This document shows positions 13,660 through 26,106 of a stretch of 64,000 nt of DNA, one piece after another. Below the pieces are notes generated by a model. It saw only the letters and a list, made by a program, of their open reading frames with translations. It was not told the DNA's origin and did not search any database. A program made the translations under genes and the position numbers. Source of the stretch: Gnetum montanum (taxonomy: Eukaryota > Plantae > Gnetophyta); contig MNCI01002197.1 in NCBI GenBank assembly GCA_015680685.1, forward strand, positions 62,243-126,242, given 5' to 3'. Position 1 is the stretch's first letter; each line of letters opens with the position of its first letter.

Positions 13660-14740
13660 ACAGCAACTTCTGGGCCCCAGAAATGAGTTAAAATATGCCA
13701 GAACTAAGCGTCTAGATCCCCTAGGACCTTTCCCAAGGTCCCCAGTTTTGGGCTCCAAATGATGGTCTTTCATTCCTCTACGCCCAGCGTAGAGCCCAGC
13801 GTACAGCAACTTTTGGGCCCCAGAAATGAGTCAAAAACTGCCAGAACGGAGCATCTGGACCCCCTAGGACCTTCCCCAAGGTCCCCAACAGCTCTCAGGT
13901 ACTTGAAAATCAAATTTTGGGCTCCAAATGATGGTTTTTCATTTCTCTACGCCCAGCGTAGAGCCCAGCATACAGCAACTTTTGGGCCCCAGAAATGAGT
14001 CAAAAACTACCAGAACGGAGCATCTGGACCCCCTAGGACCTTCCCCAAGGTCCCTAGTAGCTCTTAAGCACTTGAAAATCAAATTTTGGGCTCCAAATGA
14101 TGGTTTTTCATTTCTCTACGCCCAGCGTAGAGCCCAACGTAGAGCAACCTTCGGGCCCCAGAAATGAGTTAAAACATGCCAGAACTGAGTGTCTGGACCC
14201 CCTAGGACCTTCTCCAAGGTCCCCAATAGCTCTCAAGCACTTGAAAATCAAATTTTGGGCTCCAAATGATGGTCTTTCATTCCTCTACGCCCAGCGTAGA
14301 GCAACTTTCAGGCCCCAGAAATGAGTCAAAACATGCCAGAACTAAGTGTTTGGACCCCCTAGGACCTTCCCCAAGGTCCCCAATAGCTCTTAGGCACTTG
14401 AAAATCAAATTTTGGGCTCCAAATGATGGTCTTTCATTCCTCTACGCCCAACGTAGAGCCCAGCGTAGAGCAATCTTCGGGCCCTAGAAACGAGTCAAAA
14501 CATGCCAGAACTAAGTGTTTGGACCCCCTAGGACCTTCCCCAAGGTCCCCAATAGCTCTTAGGCACTTGAAAATCAAATTTTGGGCTCCAAATGATGGTC
14601 TTTCATTCCTCTACGCCCAGCGTAGAGCAACTTTCAGGCCCCAGAAATGAGTCAAAACATGCCAGAACTGAGTGTCTGGACCCCCCAGGACCTTCCCTAG
14701 GGTCCCTAGTAGCTCTCAGGTACTCAAAAATCAAGTTTTG
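13660..14740 (+). repeat. 157/169-bp tandem array inside the 5' LTR (7 unit starts)
   Basis: Unit agcaacttttgggccccagaaatgagtcaaaa...aaatcaaattttgggctccaaatgatggt...ctctacgcccagcgtag starts at about 13661, 13804, 13973, 14142, 14299, 14468, 14625. Confidence 0.95.
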
Positions 14741-14764
14741 ATCTTAAAACGAAGCATTTTCATG

Positions 14765-15025
14765 TGTGTACGCTGGGTACATTTTTGGTGTACGTTGGCA
14801 TCCTGTACGCTGGCATGCTATATGCTGGCATGCATGTACGCTGGCATGCTATACGTTGGCATCCTGTACGCTAGCATGCTATACGCTGGCATCCTGTACG
14901 CTGGCATACATGTACGTTGGCATACATGTATGCTAGCATGCTATATGCTGGCATCCTGTACGCTGGCATGCTATACGCTGGCATGCTATACGCTGGCATC
15001 CTATACGCTAGCATGCTGTACGCTG
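14765..15025 (+). repeat. About 14-bp minisatellite (tatacgctggcatgc / tgtacgctggcatcc) in the LTR; longer copy at 21720-22050
   Basis: Direct inspection; it produces the spurious TLACY/TLASC repeat ORFs. Confidence 0.9.
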
Positions 15026-15792
15026 TATAGTTGTAACATATCCTGCACTTGGTCAATGCACCACCTGTCTCCCGATCCAAATTTTTCTCACCTTATAGCC
15101 ACTCATCCCCTTTTAGACCCGAGTCTAACATCGAAACTCGTATAAAAACTACGATTTTTGACCAGATCCAGGTTCGAAAATGGAGGCATCTTGGCAAAAA
15201 TCGGGGTAGACCACACTAAGGAAATTGAGAACCCTGCATCCTATACGCTGGACCTCAACCCTGCACATTGAACATACAGCCTCTACACTATGCCTGCAGT
15301 CCGAACTAGCACGCTGCCAAACCCTCGCATTCACCGGGGCTCTTCGTCAGCCTTGTGTCACATCCACAACTACGTTAAGACCGGTGCATTGTAACTTTCA
15401 TTATGCAATGACATTGCCACATTTTTGCTAAGATTTGTAACAGTTTTATTGTTCATTCTTGTATGCTCATCATTTACATTCTTGTACGTTTACGCTCAAT
15501 TTCACATCAGTTACGCTGTTTACGTATAACCTGGCGTACAATATATCGGTATACGCTCAGGGAAATCCTTGTCTGATCTGCGTGCGGACCACTCGAGGTA
15601 CTCTGCTTTCGTTAATTCCAGCTTGCCCTCAAGTGAAGGTAGGGTCTTCTGTGCTTGTCTGGGGATCTCCGGGTCTCTATTTCATTCCAGCCGGAGATCG
15701 ACGATTTCGGACAATACAGAAAATGACGCTAGACGGAGGGCCTGAATTGTTTTTTGTTTAATCGAAATGCTGATCACGTTACCTGTACAAAC

Positions 15793-15995
15793 ATAGTGTT
15801 TACGCTGCTATAGTGTTTACGTTGCTACAGTGTTTACACTACTACAGAGTCTACGCTGCTATAGTGTTTACGCTGCTATAGTGTCTACGCTGCTACAGTG
15901 TTTATGTTGCTACAATGTTTACGTTGCTACAGTGTCTACACTGCTACAGTGCTTTACGCTGCTATAGTGTTTACGTTGCTATAGTGCCGCTACAG
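15793..15995 (+). repeat. 17-bp tandem repeat (agtgtttacgctgctat, about 11-12 copies) in the Tat-2 leader
   Basis: Direct inspection, just downstream of the PBS. Confidence 0.9.
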
Positions 15996-16353
15996 TGTTT
16001 TTTCAACAAAAACACACAAAACGAGCCCGTTTCAAAGCTGAATTCGCTGCGATTTGTACCTACTTCAAACCGGTCTAAGTACTAATGGCCACCAACATGG
16101 ATCACCTTGTCCAAGGCATACAATACACACAACATAATGATTCCGATATGACGTCCTCTTACCTGAGATCGGCATCCGCGTACGACTACGGTTCATAATT
16201 TCATACTTAGCCAAATTTTCTCCCGTTTACATTGTACATGCTAGACATTTAGAAAAATTTTCAGTGTTCACACGCCAGACACTCCGCACACTGAGCCCGA
16301 AACACACTCAGCACTTGTTAGCTAGCTCATATGCTGCCCCATCACACATCACC

Positions 16354-19300
16354 ATGGAATCATCCCAAAACTCCAGCACACGTGCCTTCATAGTCCCCAC
16401 ATAAGAACAATATAACTACATTTGTGTGAAGATTCAGGTCAACCTTCCTATTGACCACACAGAACAGGAGGCAAAATGAAACTTCGAGCACATATACATA
16501 GGAGGTCATGAATTCATCCCCTCTGTATATGACATCATCCCCCTTTCTAATCCTCATCATAGGCTCATCTCCCAGCTCCTTCTGGCAAGGGGCCAAAACA
16601 CATGGCGACCCATTGAGGAGCCCCAAAACCAACATAATGTAGATGAATTCGAGGCACAATTTGAACCTGAGGATTCATACCACATCCTCAGTCCCCATGC
16701 CTGCGTGAACCCATCAGTCCATCCTCGCATGGGACAGACAGCCACTCACCAAGTGTTAATGAGCACACAAGCACCAGTATCCCAACAGAGATTACCCACC
16801 CCCATCTCCACCCAGTACATACCGCATGCACAAACGCATGGGGCCACTTTCACTACATCGACCCCACACATCCAGGGTGTCACTTCATAGTTTGTGGCTA
16901 GGCAAGGAACCATACCCCTTGTTCAACAACCCACTCACTTCAACGTGCCACACCCCACAACCACAACTCTGAACATTGCTCCATAGAAACAAATGACAAC
17001 CCAACAACCTCCCCAACCAACTAATCTACCTACCGCTCAAAAGTGGGTAGAAGCCAAACAAATGATGCAAGCATTAGTTGAAGAGGTAAAGCACCTCAAA
17101 ACGGCAAACACTGAACAAGTTAAAGTACTATACTTCTACCACAATGATCCAATTAGCTCTTCAGTGCCACCATTAGCTTTACTCAAGGGAATCACACTTC
17201 CACAGTTGACCAAATACAACAAGAAGGGAGATCCAAATGCTCACATAGTCACGTTTCGATCAGAAACTCTATTGCTTCAAGCTTGGCCCCACGCAATCTT
17301 GCGCATGTTTGCTATGTCCTTAATGAGTGTAGCCTTCGACTGGTACCGAGCCTTACCTCGTAACTCCATATCCTCTCTTGAGAATCTGTTACATCAATTC
17401 ATTACCCGATTTAAGTACAACCTAAAGCCTGAAGCCACACTAGACACTCTGATACAGGTGAAACAAGCACCACTTGAGCCTGTGCAAAAGTCCATCCAAT
17501 GATGGAGTGTAGCCCTTAACGAACTTCACGAGCCCATCCCTGAAAAGTATTTGCTTATGATTCTAAAGGGAGCCGTGAATGACTTCATTAAGTCAAAACT
17601 GTACTACCTAAGTGCTTAAATGTTGAGCCAAGCGTTCACATAGATCAAGAACATTGAACAAGTTGCACAAACTAGCAATGACCCCGCCTATGTGGCTTAC
17701 AAGAACCAACACGTTTCCAAACAACAAACAACAATGGAAACTGTAGCCATAAGCACAAAAACAAAAAACACTAGTACCAACCCACCTACAACAACAGGGG
17801 CCACCTTAAGGTCCAATTTTCAATGTAAGGATCGCTCTAAGTACACACCACTACCTGCACGACCTTCAGAACTACTAGAGCAACTCCTTAAAGATGGGCA
17901 AATCCAATACAAACACGTAACGGAGAATGCTCACCGCCAACATGATAGGTACTGCGAGCTACTAAGAAACCCCACCTTAGCAGCACCAAATGAGCCCCCG
18001 ATTCCACGAAATTTCAAGTTAGACCAATTCTGCCATTACCACCAAATGCCTGGTCACAATACCGACACTTGCCGTGCGTTAAAGGATGATCTACAAGCAA
18101 TGATAAAACAGGGCCAACTGAACGTCAACACCTTGAATCAACCCAGCACAAACGATGCCTCCTATGTCATAAACTTCATTGGCATAGATAGTAAGCCTAA
18201 ACCTGTGTAGAAACCTTTTGTAATTCATGTGCCTCCCAGCAAGGCAACAATCCCCTTCGCCTCCACGAGCAAGAGACCTCCCATCATCACCAAGGTGCCA
18301 CCTAGAGCACTAACGATACCCTTTATGGTCAAGGTACCACCACCCCATACATCTGCTAAGATGTTAAACTGGCCAGATGCAACGCACTCCCAAGCACCGA
18401 AGACACCCTTTGTGGTCAAAGTACCACCACAGTCGTCCGCTATGACGTTAAACTGGCATGTTGCACCAACGACAATAGCAAAGAAACCTTTCGTTATCAA
18501 GGTGCCACAACAAGCTATTCAAACAACAACAACACCTCCTAAACTCCCATTTGTCATAAAAGTGCCACCACGCGATGGCCCCTCACTTATCCCGAGCCCA
18601 ACCATAGGAAACGTCTCAACTTCTCCTCCCTCAAGAGTCAACCTTACCAACATCACAGATAAGCCTACCAAATGGCAGCAGAAGAGGACAAACGAACAAT
18701 GAACAACACCCACAGTTGAAACAAAGGACACACCTAATATACAACAACTGAACACTGGGGGCCCTGCCCCTAATCCCAAACAAACCAAGCCCAAGCCCTC
18801 AACCCATACAGAGGCAACCAACACAACGCAGACAACACAGACTTTGTAGCTACACTGGCCCAAGTGAAACAAATGCTCAAACAAAAGAACACAACCATGA
18901 GCTTGTACGATTTGGTCATGACATCATCGGCCCATCATGAAGCCTTAGCGCAAACGCTAGCATACATTCCTGTTACAGAGAACATCCCTGCTAACATGGA
19001 ATCCATCCGTGCAACGATTTCACAACACACACCACAAGGATTGGGTTCAAACATCTTAGCCTTTCGTGATGATGCAGTTAAACATAACCCTGAATGAGGG
19101 GAAGTCACAACAGCTCCATTATTGATTAGTGTACGTGTTGAGCAATGTACCATTCGCAGAGTGCACGTTGATGACGGTGCGGCAACAAACGTAGTTCTAT
19201 ACTCTGTTATCGACAAACTAGGCATGGCAGATGAGATCATGCCAACAGAAACCACGTGTTTAAAATCTTTTAATGGATCATGTGTCACAGTTAAGGGCAC

Positions 19301-19578
19301 AATCAACTTAGCCTTTGTGGCAGGAGAACAATTCCCCACCAGTGCGGAATTCACTGTCATAGAAGAGATGCCCAATTTCAACATGATTCTTGGTAGACCT
19401 TGGCTAGCACAACAACGAGCCATTTCCTCACCGATACATCAAGAAATCCGCCTTCCATATGAAGGTGGACAAGTCATTATACATGGCGATAACACTCCCT
19501 TTCAAGCTGACCACAACATAGACATGTCACAAGTCTTGAGAGAGGAGCCTCCTGAAGCAACACCCACAACAACAAACA
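16354..19578 (+). pseudogene. Tat-2 gag + aspartic protease
   Basis: KYNKKGDPNAHI, FAMSL...AFDWY, FCHYHQMPGHNTDTC; protease RRVHVDDGAATNV...FNMILGRPWL...SPIHQEI. Confidence 0.9.
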
Positions 19579-21109
19579 NNNNNNNNNNNNNNNNNNNNNN
19601 NNNNNNNNNNNNNNNNNNNNNNNNNNNNNNNNNNNNNNNNNNNNNNNNNNNNNNNNNNNNNNNNNNNNNNNNNNNNNNNNNNNNNNNNNNNNNNNNNNNN
19701 NNNNNNNNNNNNNNNNNNNNNNNNNNNNNNNNNNNNNNNNNNNNNNNNNNNNNNNNNNNNNNNNNNNNNNNNNNNNNNNNNNNNNNNNNNNNNNNNNNNN
19801 NNNNNNNNNNNNNNNNNNNNNNNNNNNNNNNNNNNNNNNNNGGGTTATGACGTAAAACTAATCCACGACAGTCCGCTAAGACTATAAACTAGCAAGATCA
19901 TTTCTGGCACATTCATCTATGGCTGTAATTCATGACATTTCTTCATCAATGACTGCTACATCATTCATCACATCAGATCTGACAACACTATTGCTGCTCA
20001 TTTTGTTTGTCTTAAGTTTCACATGGTGCCTCCATTTGCATCAGTCACATTCATGCCTAAAGTGTTCGCTAACTCATTCACTTGTGGTTTTCTTGTCTTC
20101 TTGGAGTTGTGTTTGCAGGATGACACCCAATGGTGCTCATACACGAATACACTTCATCACGGTGACAAGGTCCACATTATTTCTGACGCACGCAACCAGG
20201 TTAATCAATCTGTTCAAAAGTACATTCCCCGTTCCCAATACATTCTCCATTTCCCCAACACTCTTACTCCCTTTCCTACCCGGTTACAGTTCCCAGATAC
20301 ACCCAATACACCCCAAAAATTAGAGCACACTGTTACACGCTGTGAAACTCTCAAGCAATTGCAACACACAATATGGCACATGAACATGAGTGCAAAATTG
20401 AAAGAAAGCTCTTGCCAAAAAACAAAGAGACAAAAAAAAACAGAAACAAAAAAAAAATAGAAACAAAAAAAGAGAGACAAAAAAAAAAGAGATAAAACTC
20501 AAAAAAAAAGAGAAAAAAAAAAGCAAAGAAAAAGTAAAGATTAAAGAGCAAAGAGCAAAATGAACCACAAGACCCTTGGCACTTCCCATAAGCCCCAGGC
20601 GAGAAGGCAGTTGTCTTGGAAACAAATACTCATGTCTCAAAAGCTCAAGTAACATCTCATTGTGCAGCTTTGGCTCTCCACCAACAAGTCCTCTTTAACA
20701 CCAAATAAGGGGCTTGTCCCTCTAGAGAATGCAACCCATCATCATGCGGCCAACAAGTCCTCTTAAACACTAAACAAGAGTCTTATTCCGCCAAAGGATG
20801 CACATCTCATGTCTTGATTCTGAGTCTGCTAAAAAATGGCTATTGACAAGGATCAACATGACCCGTATACACACTAAAGCATCCCCTTTACCATGCACAA
20901 TCCCTTGATCAGTTCCCAATCCCAACAATTTCCATTTCCCTATCCAGCTACAAACTTCATTTCCCCAATCCCATGTACTACTGAACACAGCGCGATGACA
21001 TATGGTCAAGTGTCGAAGGAAAATGCTACTAAGTTGCTTGTGGTGTTTTGTACTTCTTTGTCGATGCTTCTCTGGTTGATTCCTCCAAGCATCAACAAAG
21101 AGGGGCCAA

Positions 21110-22743
21110 TGAAACACCACAAAATTCTAAGCTTAGTACTTCTCGAACAAGAATCGAGCTAAGTGTTGATGCTCCCCAGCATGATTGAAGCTTGAGGGCC
21201 TCACAAACAACTTTAAACGAAGTCAAACTCAACAAGAAAAGGTTCCTTGGGACCCACAGAAGACTACAATGACATTTGGCATCAAACTTGGCAAATCTTG
21301 AGCTCAAAATACTTGGTTTTCACTAACTATGCATCCTATACGCTGGCCTACACATGCCCAGCGTAGAGCCTAGCGTACAGCAACTTTTGGACCCCAAAAA
21401 TGAGTCAAAACATGCCAGAAATGAGCGTCTAGACCCCATAGGACCTTCCCCAAGGTCCCCAGTAGCTCTTAGGCACTTGAAAATCAAATTTTGGGCTCCA
21501 AATGATGGTCTTTCATTCCTCTACGCCCAGCATATACGCCCAGCGTGTAGCCAGCGTAGAGCAACTTTTGGGCCCCAGAAATGAGTCAAAACATGCCAGA
21601 ACTGAGCGTCTGGACCCCCCAGGACCTTCCCCAGGGTCCCCAGTAGCTCTCAGGTACTCGAAAATCAAGTTTTTATCTTAAAACGAAGCATTTTCATGTG
21701 TGTATGTTGGGTACATTTTTGGTGTACGCTGGCATCCATGTACGCTGGCATGGTGTACATTGGCATGCTATACGCTGGCATCCTGTACGTTGGCATGCTA
21801 TACGCTGGCATCCTGTATGCTGGCATGCATGTACACTGGCATGCTATATGTTAGCATCCTATACGCTGGCATGCTATACGCTGCCATCCTGTACGCTGGC
21901 ATGCATGTATGTTGGCATGCTATATGCTAGCATCGTATATGCTGGCATACATGTACGTCGGCATGCTATACGCTGGCATCCTATACGTTGGCATGCATGT
22001 ACGCTAGCATGCTATACGCTGGCATCCTGTACGCTGGCATGCTGTACGCTATACAGTTGTAACATATCCTGCACTCGGTCAACTCACCACCTGTCTCCCG
22101 ATCAGAATTTTTCTCACCTTACAGCCATCATCCCCTTTCAGACCCGAGTCTAACATTGAAACCCGTATAAAAACTATGATTTTTGACTAGATCCGGGTTC
22201 AAAAACGAAGGCATCTGGGCAAAAATTGGGGCAGACCACACTAAGCAAATTGAGAACCCTGCATCCTATACGCTGGACCTCAACCCTGCACGCTGAACAT
22301 ACAGCCTCTACGCTATGCCTGCAGTCCGAACCAGCACGCTGCCAAACCCTCGCATTCACTAGGGCTCTTCGTCTGCCTTGTGTCACATCCACAACTGCGT
22401 TAAGACCGGTGCATTGTAACTTTCATTATGCAATGACATTGCCACATTTTTGCTAAGATTTGTAACAGTTTTATCATTCATTCTTGTATGCTCATTGTTT
22501 ACATTCTTGTACGTTTACGCTCAGTTTCACATCAGTTACGTTGTTTACGTATAACTCGGCGTACAATATATCGGTATACGCTCGAGAAAATCCTTGTCTG
22601 ATCCGCGTGCTGACCACTCGAGGTACTCTGCCTTCGTTAATTCCAACTTTCCCTCAAGCGAAGGTAGGGTTTTCTGTGCTTGTCTGGGGATCTCCTGGTC
22701 TCTGTTTCATTCCAGCCGGAGACCGACGATTTCGGACAGTACA
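21110..22743 (+). repeat. Tat-2 3' LTR (1634 bp)
   Basis: TGAAACACCAC...gacagtaCA, preceded by the PPT and followed by the TSD. Confidence 0.93.
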
Positions 22744-23257
22744 CTAGGTACGCTACTGGGTTACCAAGTAGTAACACTTAAATGCTTGTGAGTAAGTCGT
22801 ACTCATTCTGCATTTAACAATAGGAATAGTAAATGATGATAAATAAATATTAACTAAGAAAGCAATAAATAATAATAACAATTAACAATTAAACTAGACA
22901 ATTAAAACTAAGTGAATTTGCAATGATGAAGTAATCTCGATCTTTATTTCTGATCATGTGCACGTCCAAGTACGTTACACTCGAATAAAGGTGTTGTACA
23001 ATTACAAGCATCACACTGCGGGCATGCACTGGGAAAATAATCTAACTCCTACAAAAACAAACTGCAAGAGTCTAACTACAATTGACAAAAAGATGCCTAA
23101 ATGAGGTGGAGGGCCCTCTTATTTATAGGCTGGGATAGGTGGCTGCGTAAACGGGTCCCCGTCGACACAAGAAGGCTACGTCAACGGGGCCGCGTCGACG
23201 CAGCTGCGTATACGCGGCCCCATTGATGCATCGATTGAATGACACTTCATCACTTGG

Positions 23258-24464
23258 GAAGGCTAAAAATGCCTTGGGACTACCAAATTTGGCATTTTCA
23301 TGGATTTTTGTGGGGCTATAGCCTCAACTACGTTGGAACCACCTACACCTAGTGTTGGTGGTGTTGGATTTTCCATTTCCCAACAATTCCCAATGTAGTT
23401 GTCACAAAACCCAATGTGGAAGTTGTAAGGCCAATGTTGGAGTTGTTGGATTTTTCATTTTCCTAGCAAGGGCCAACGTAGTCATGCTAGTTTCCAGTGA
23501 TGACAACATGGCCAACATAGTTATCTCATATCTTTAGCAATATTTACATGGTTAGCATAGTCACCACATTTCCCAACAAATGCTAACAATGCCAATGTAG
23601 CTCTCAAAAGTTAGTGTAGTTGAGGTGAAGCCAATGTAGTCACAAAAGTATGTTTACTATTTTTGGTATGCAGATGGGTTTTGATGGCTTTGGTGTATCA
23701 AAACTTGCCATAAATGGTTAACTAAGCTAGAATAATAGCTTGCTACACCTATAATCAACATCAATCTATCAGCAAAAATTTGAAGCATGAAATCAGCAAC
23801 CTTAAAGCCTATAAAAGCCAAACTTGAACACAATATTCAAGGTCCAAACATTTTTTTGGCAATTCCAAAACAATTTTCGCAACCATACCACTACAACAAC
23901 CTTGAGCATCAAAAATCCCATTTTTAGCACTTACAAGACTTTTGGAGAAATTTGGCATCTACCTAAGAGACTCATCATTGTCCTATTGTCATAATACCAT
24001 TGTTTACATCATTCACACCCAAAAGTTGCAGATTGAGGAAAAAACCAACAAGATACTTTTGACAAGTGGAGTTGGGAAGTACTTGAATAATGGAGTTTGA
24101 ATGCAGAACACAACCTACTACCTCTAACAAGCTTCAAGCTCCATCCAAACAAGCTTCTCGTGCATTTTAGCACACAATATGTACTTTTGAACTCTATACT
24201 TTCAACAATTTTTCTATTTCAATGAAGTTTTTAGTCCATTTATAGTGCAGATTTAGTTTCAAGTTTAATTCTATGTTTATTTATTTCCGTTTGAATCTGC
24301 AATTTCATTCCTATTTTTATTTCCATTTACATTCTGTAAGTCCCTAGACCATCTAGGGTACCTTGGATCTTGTTTCTCGGAGGCTCTTAGGATCCAAGGT
24401 TAGGTTAGGTTGTTTCGCCTAGTATTCTAGGTTCTTCCAGTGATCAAAGTTTCCAGGCGCTACA
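23258..24464 (+). repeat. Probable partial Tat-type LTR (its 5' part probably continues at 12912-13033)
   Basis: TATA cctataaaagcc about 23808; terminus ttccag...tttccaggcgctaCA resembles the other Tat LTR ends; no PBS follows. Confidence 0.45.
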
Positions 24465-25109
24465 AACTCCAAGATAGTTATTAAAAATAAACATAGTATG
24501 AGGAAATATTGGAGTTGGCAGCTTCCCTTTGGCTACCACCTTCTTCCAAATCCCTGTTTCAACATCAAAACAATAAAGATCATCAAGAACTTAGCACCCA
24601 TCAAATCCTCCATATATCTTCTTCTTGGTCACGGCCAAACAATGAGAACGACGAAGCTTTCTTGGTGTAACACCTCCTTCAATGAGTAAAATTTATCAAT
24701 TTTTGTGATCCCTGATTCCCAAATCTCTGCGGAAAGTTTTGTATATCACATTATATCATAGATCAAAGAATCATAAAAATAATCGTAAATGGTTTATAGT
24801 AGAAAAAAGTTTAGTTTCAATGGGCTTTGTCACATATATTTTCATGAATATGCATCGGCAGAGAAGACTTTAATTCAGATATAAAGCTTGTTTGTCACTG
24901 TCCAGTATCTTGCCTTCCTCTAACAAGAAGGAACACGTACATTAATAGTGATACACATCCTCCAACATAATGAATTCCAATCAAACAGAAATAAAGCTCC
25001 ACAAATAAATTGTCTCGGACACCCCCAAAAACATATATACATGAACTGACTACAACAAAAGGATGTGAATGCCTACGGACTCAAACCAAAAGCTTATTTC
25101 TTGCTTTGC

Positions 25110-25720
25110 AAATAATACAGCAACATCAAAATGTTCTGGTGCCGAACTTTACCCAGCGTGTCCGTCTCAGCCTGAAACCCCTTCTCAGCATTCCTGTGCT
25201 GTCGTGGAAGTCATTCATGTATTGCCTGCGGGTCGAACTCAAAACTGCCATTGATGACACATGGTTATAACTTTCCAAATTCATGAGGACGCTGAGAGGA
25301 CACGACTGTAGCGTTCGAACCAGCGTCATTCTAAAACTGGAACTTTCTAAATTCGTGAGGACGCCAAGAGGATGTTACTGTAGCGTCGGAACCAGTGTCA
25401 TTCCAAAACTAGAACTTTCCAAATTTGTGGGGATGCCCAGAGGATGTTACTATGACGTCTGAACCAGCAGTGTTCTAAAACCAGAACTTTCCAAATTCGC
25501 GAGAATGCCAAGAGGACATTACTGTAGCAGCTGAACCATCATTGTTCCAAAACCAGAACTTCCCAAATTTGTGAGGACGCCGAGAGATCACTGCTGCAGC
25601 GTCTGAACCAGGGTCGTTCCAAAAATGAAACTTTCTGAAATGGTTCGGATGCCAAGAGGACACTGCCGCAGCATCTGAACCAGTGTCTTTTGAATGATTC
25701 TTCAATGCTCTACACGTAAT
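25110..25720 (-). pseudogene. LRR receptor-like kinase fragment (juxtamembrane motif x6 + kinase subdomain III-IV)
   Basis: SSWHPNHFRKFHF resembles the W.LTSFHKL.F juxtamembrane motif; in frame with GFQAETDTLGKVRHQNILML (FEAEVETLGKIRHKNIVKL type). Confidence 0.65.
25271..25688. repeat. 72-bp tandem repeat, about 6 copies
   Basis: ctttccaaattcgtgaggacgccaagagga...gaaccag.gtcattccaaaaccagaa recurs at 72-bp period. Confidence 0.92.
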
Positions 25721-26106
25721 CACGTGACCTCTGATGATTTAGCATCTCTAAAGTTACTGAACCAAAGGCACGGTGCTGCAGAAGTTAAGGAGAGCAGTCA
25801 CCTATCGAGGAACCTTCTTGATTTAGCACCATTCTATGGTTTTGCTGTAGTGAAGCCGGTAACGTGGATGATGCCGTGTGTGTTGTAGGCATTTGATTTG
25901 TTGAAGATAGATGTGTAACATTTGAATTTTGTGTGCTTCTTTCAATTTGAAAATTTGAACTAGAAATAGAGATCGAAATTTATCCTCACTCGTTTTTTTA
26001 TCAATTTGACATTTGCTTTTTCCTTAGCTCCTTCCTCCCAAGGGTTCCTGAACACAACCGCTGTGTAGATTGGATCTTGTTGGATTATCTGTGCATAGGT
26101 GGAAAG

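Larger units (their letters stand above)
13405..15718 (+). repeat. Tat-2 5' LTR (2314 bp)
   Basis: Collinear with 21110-22743; starts TAAAACACCAC (TG mutated), ends acaataCA. Confidence 0.92.
13405..22743 (+). mobile_element. Tat/Ogre-type LTR retrotransposon Tat-2, gag-protease only in this assembly
   Basis: Perfect TSD CTAGG (13400-13404 / 22744-22748); paired LTRs; PBS about 15724-15740; PPT aacaaagaggggccaa before 21110; 263-N gap at 19579-19841. Confidence 0.93.
13034..23252 (-). repeat. Athila-family solo LTR (about 875 bp: 13034-13404 + 22749-23252) split by the Tat-2 insertion
   Basis: TG...CA ends, flanks ATTGG/CTTGG (4/5 TSD); the two halves are collinear with the LTRs at 4715-5556 and 12075-12911. 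Confidence 0.75.

Noticed and set aside
13759-14650. Series of near-identical 73-79 aa ORFs
   Set aside because: By-products of the 157/169-bp LTR tandem array; unit lengths are not multiples of 3
14672-15145. Cys-rich TLACY repeat ORFs (also 21698-22153)
   Set aside because: Translation of a 14-bp LTR minisatellite
20214-20655. Phe-rich, membrane-like minus-strand ORFs
   Set aside because: Arise from the A-rich low-complexity tract at 20400-20560
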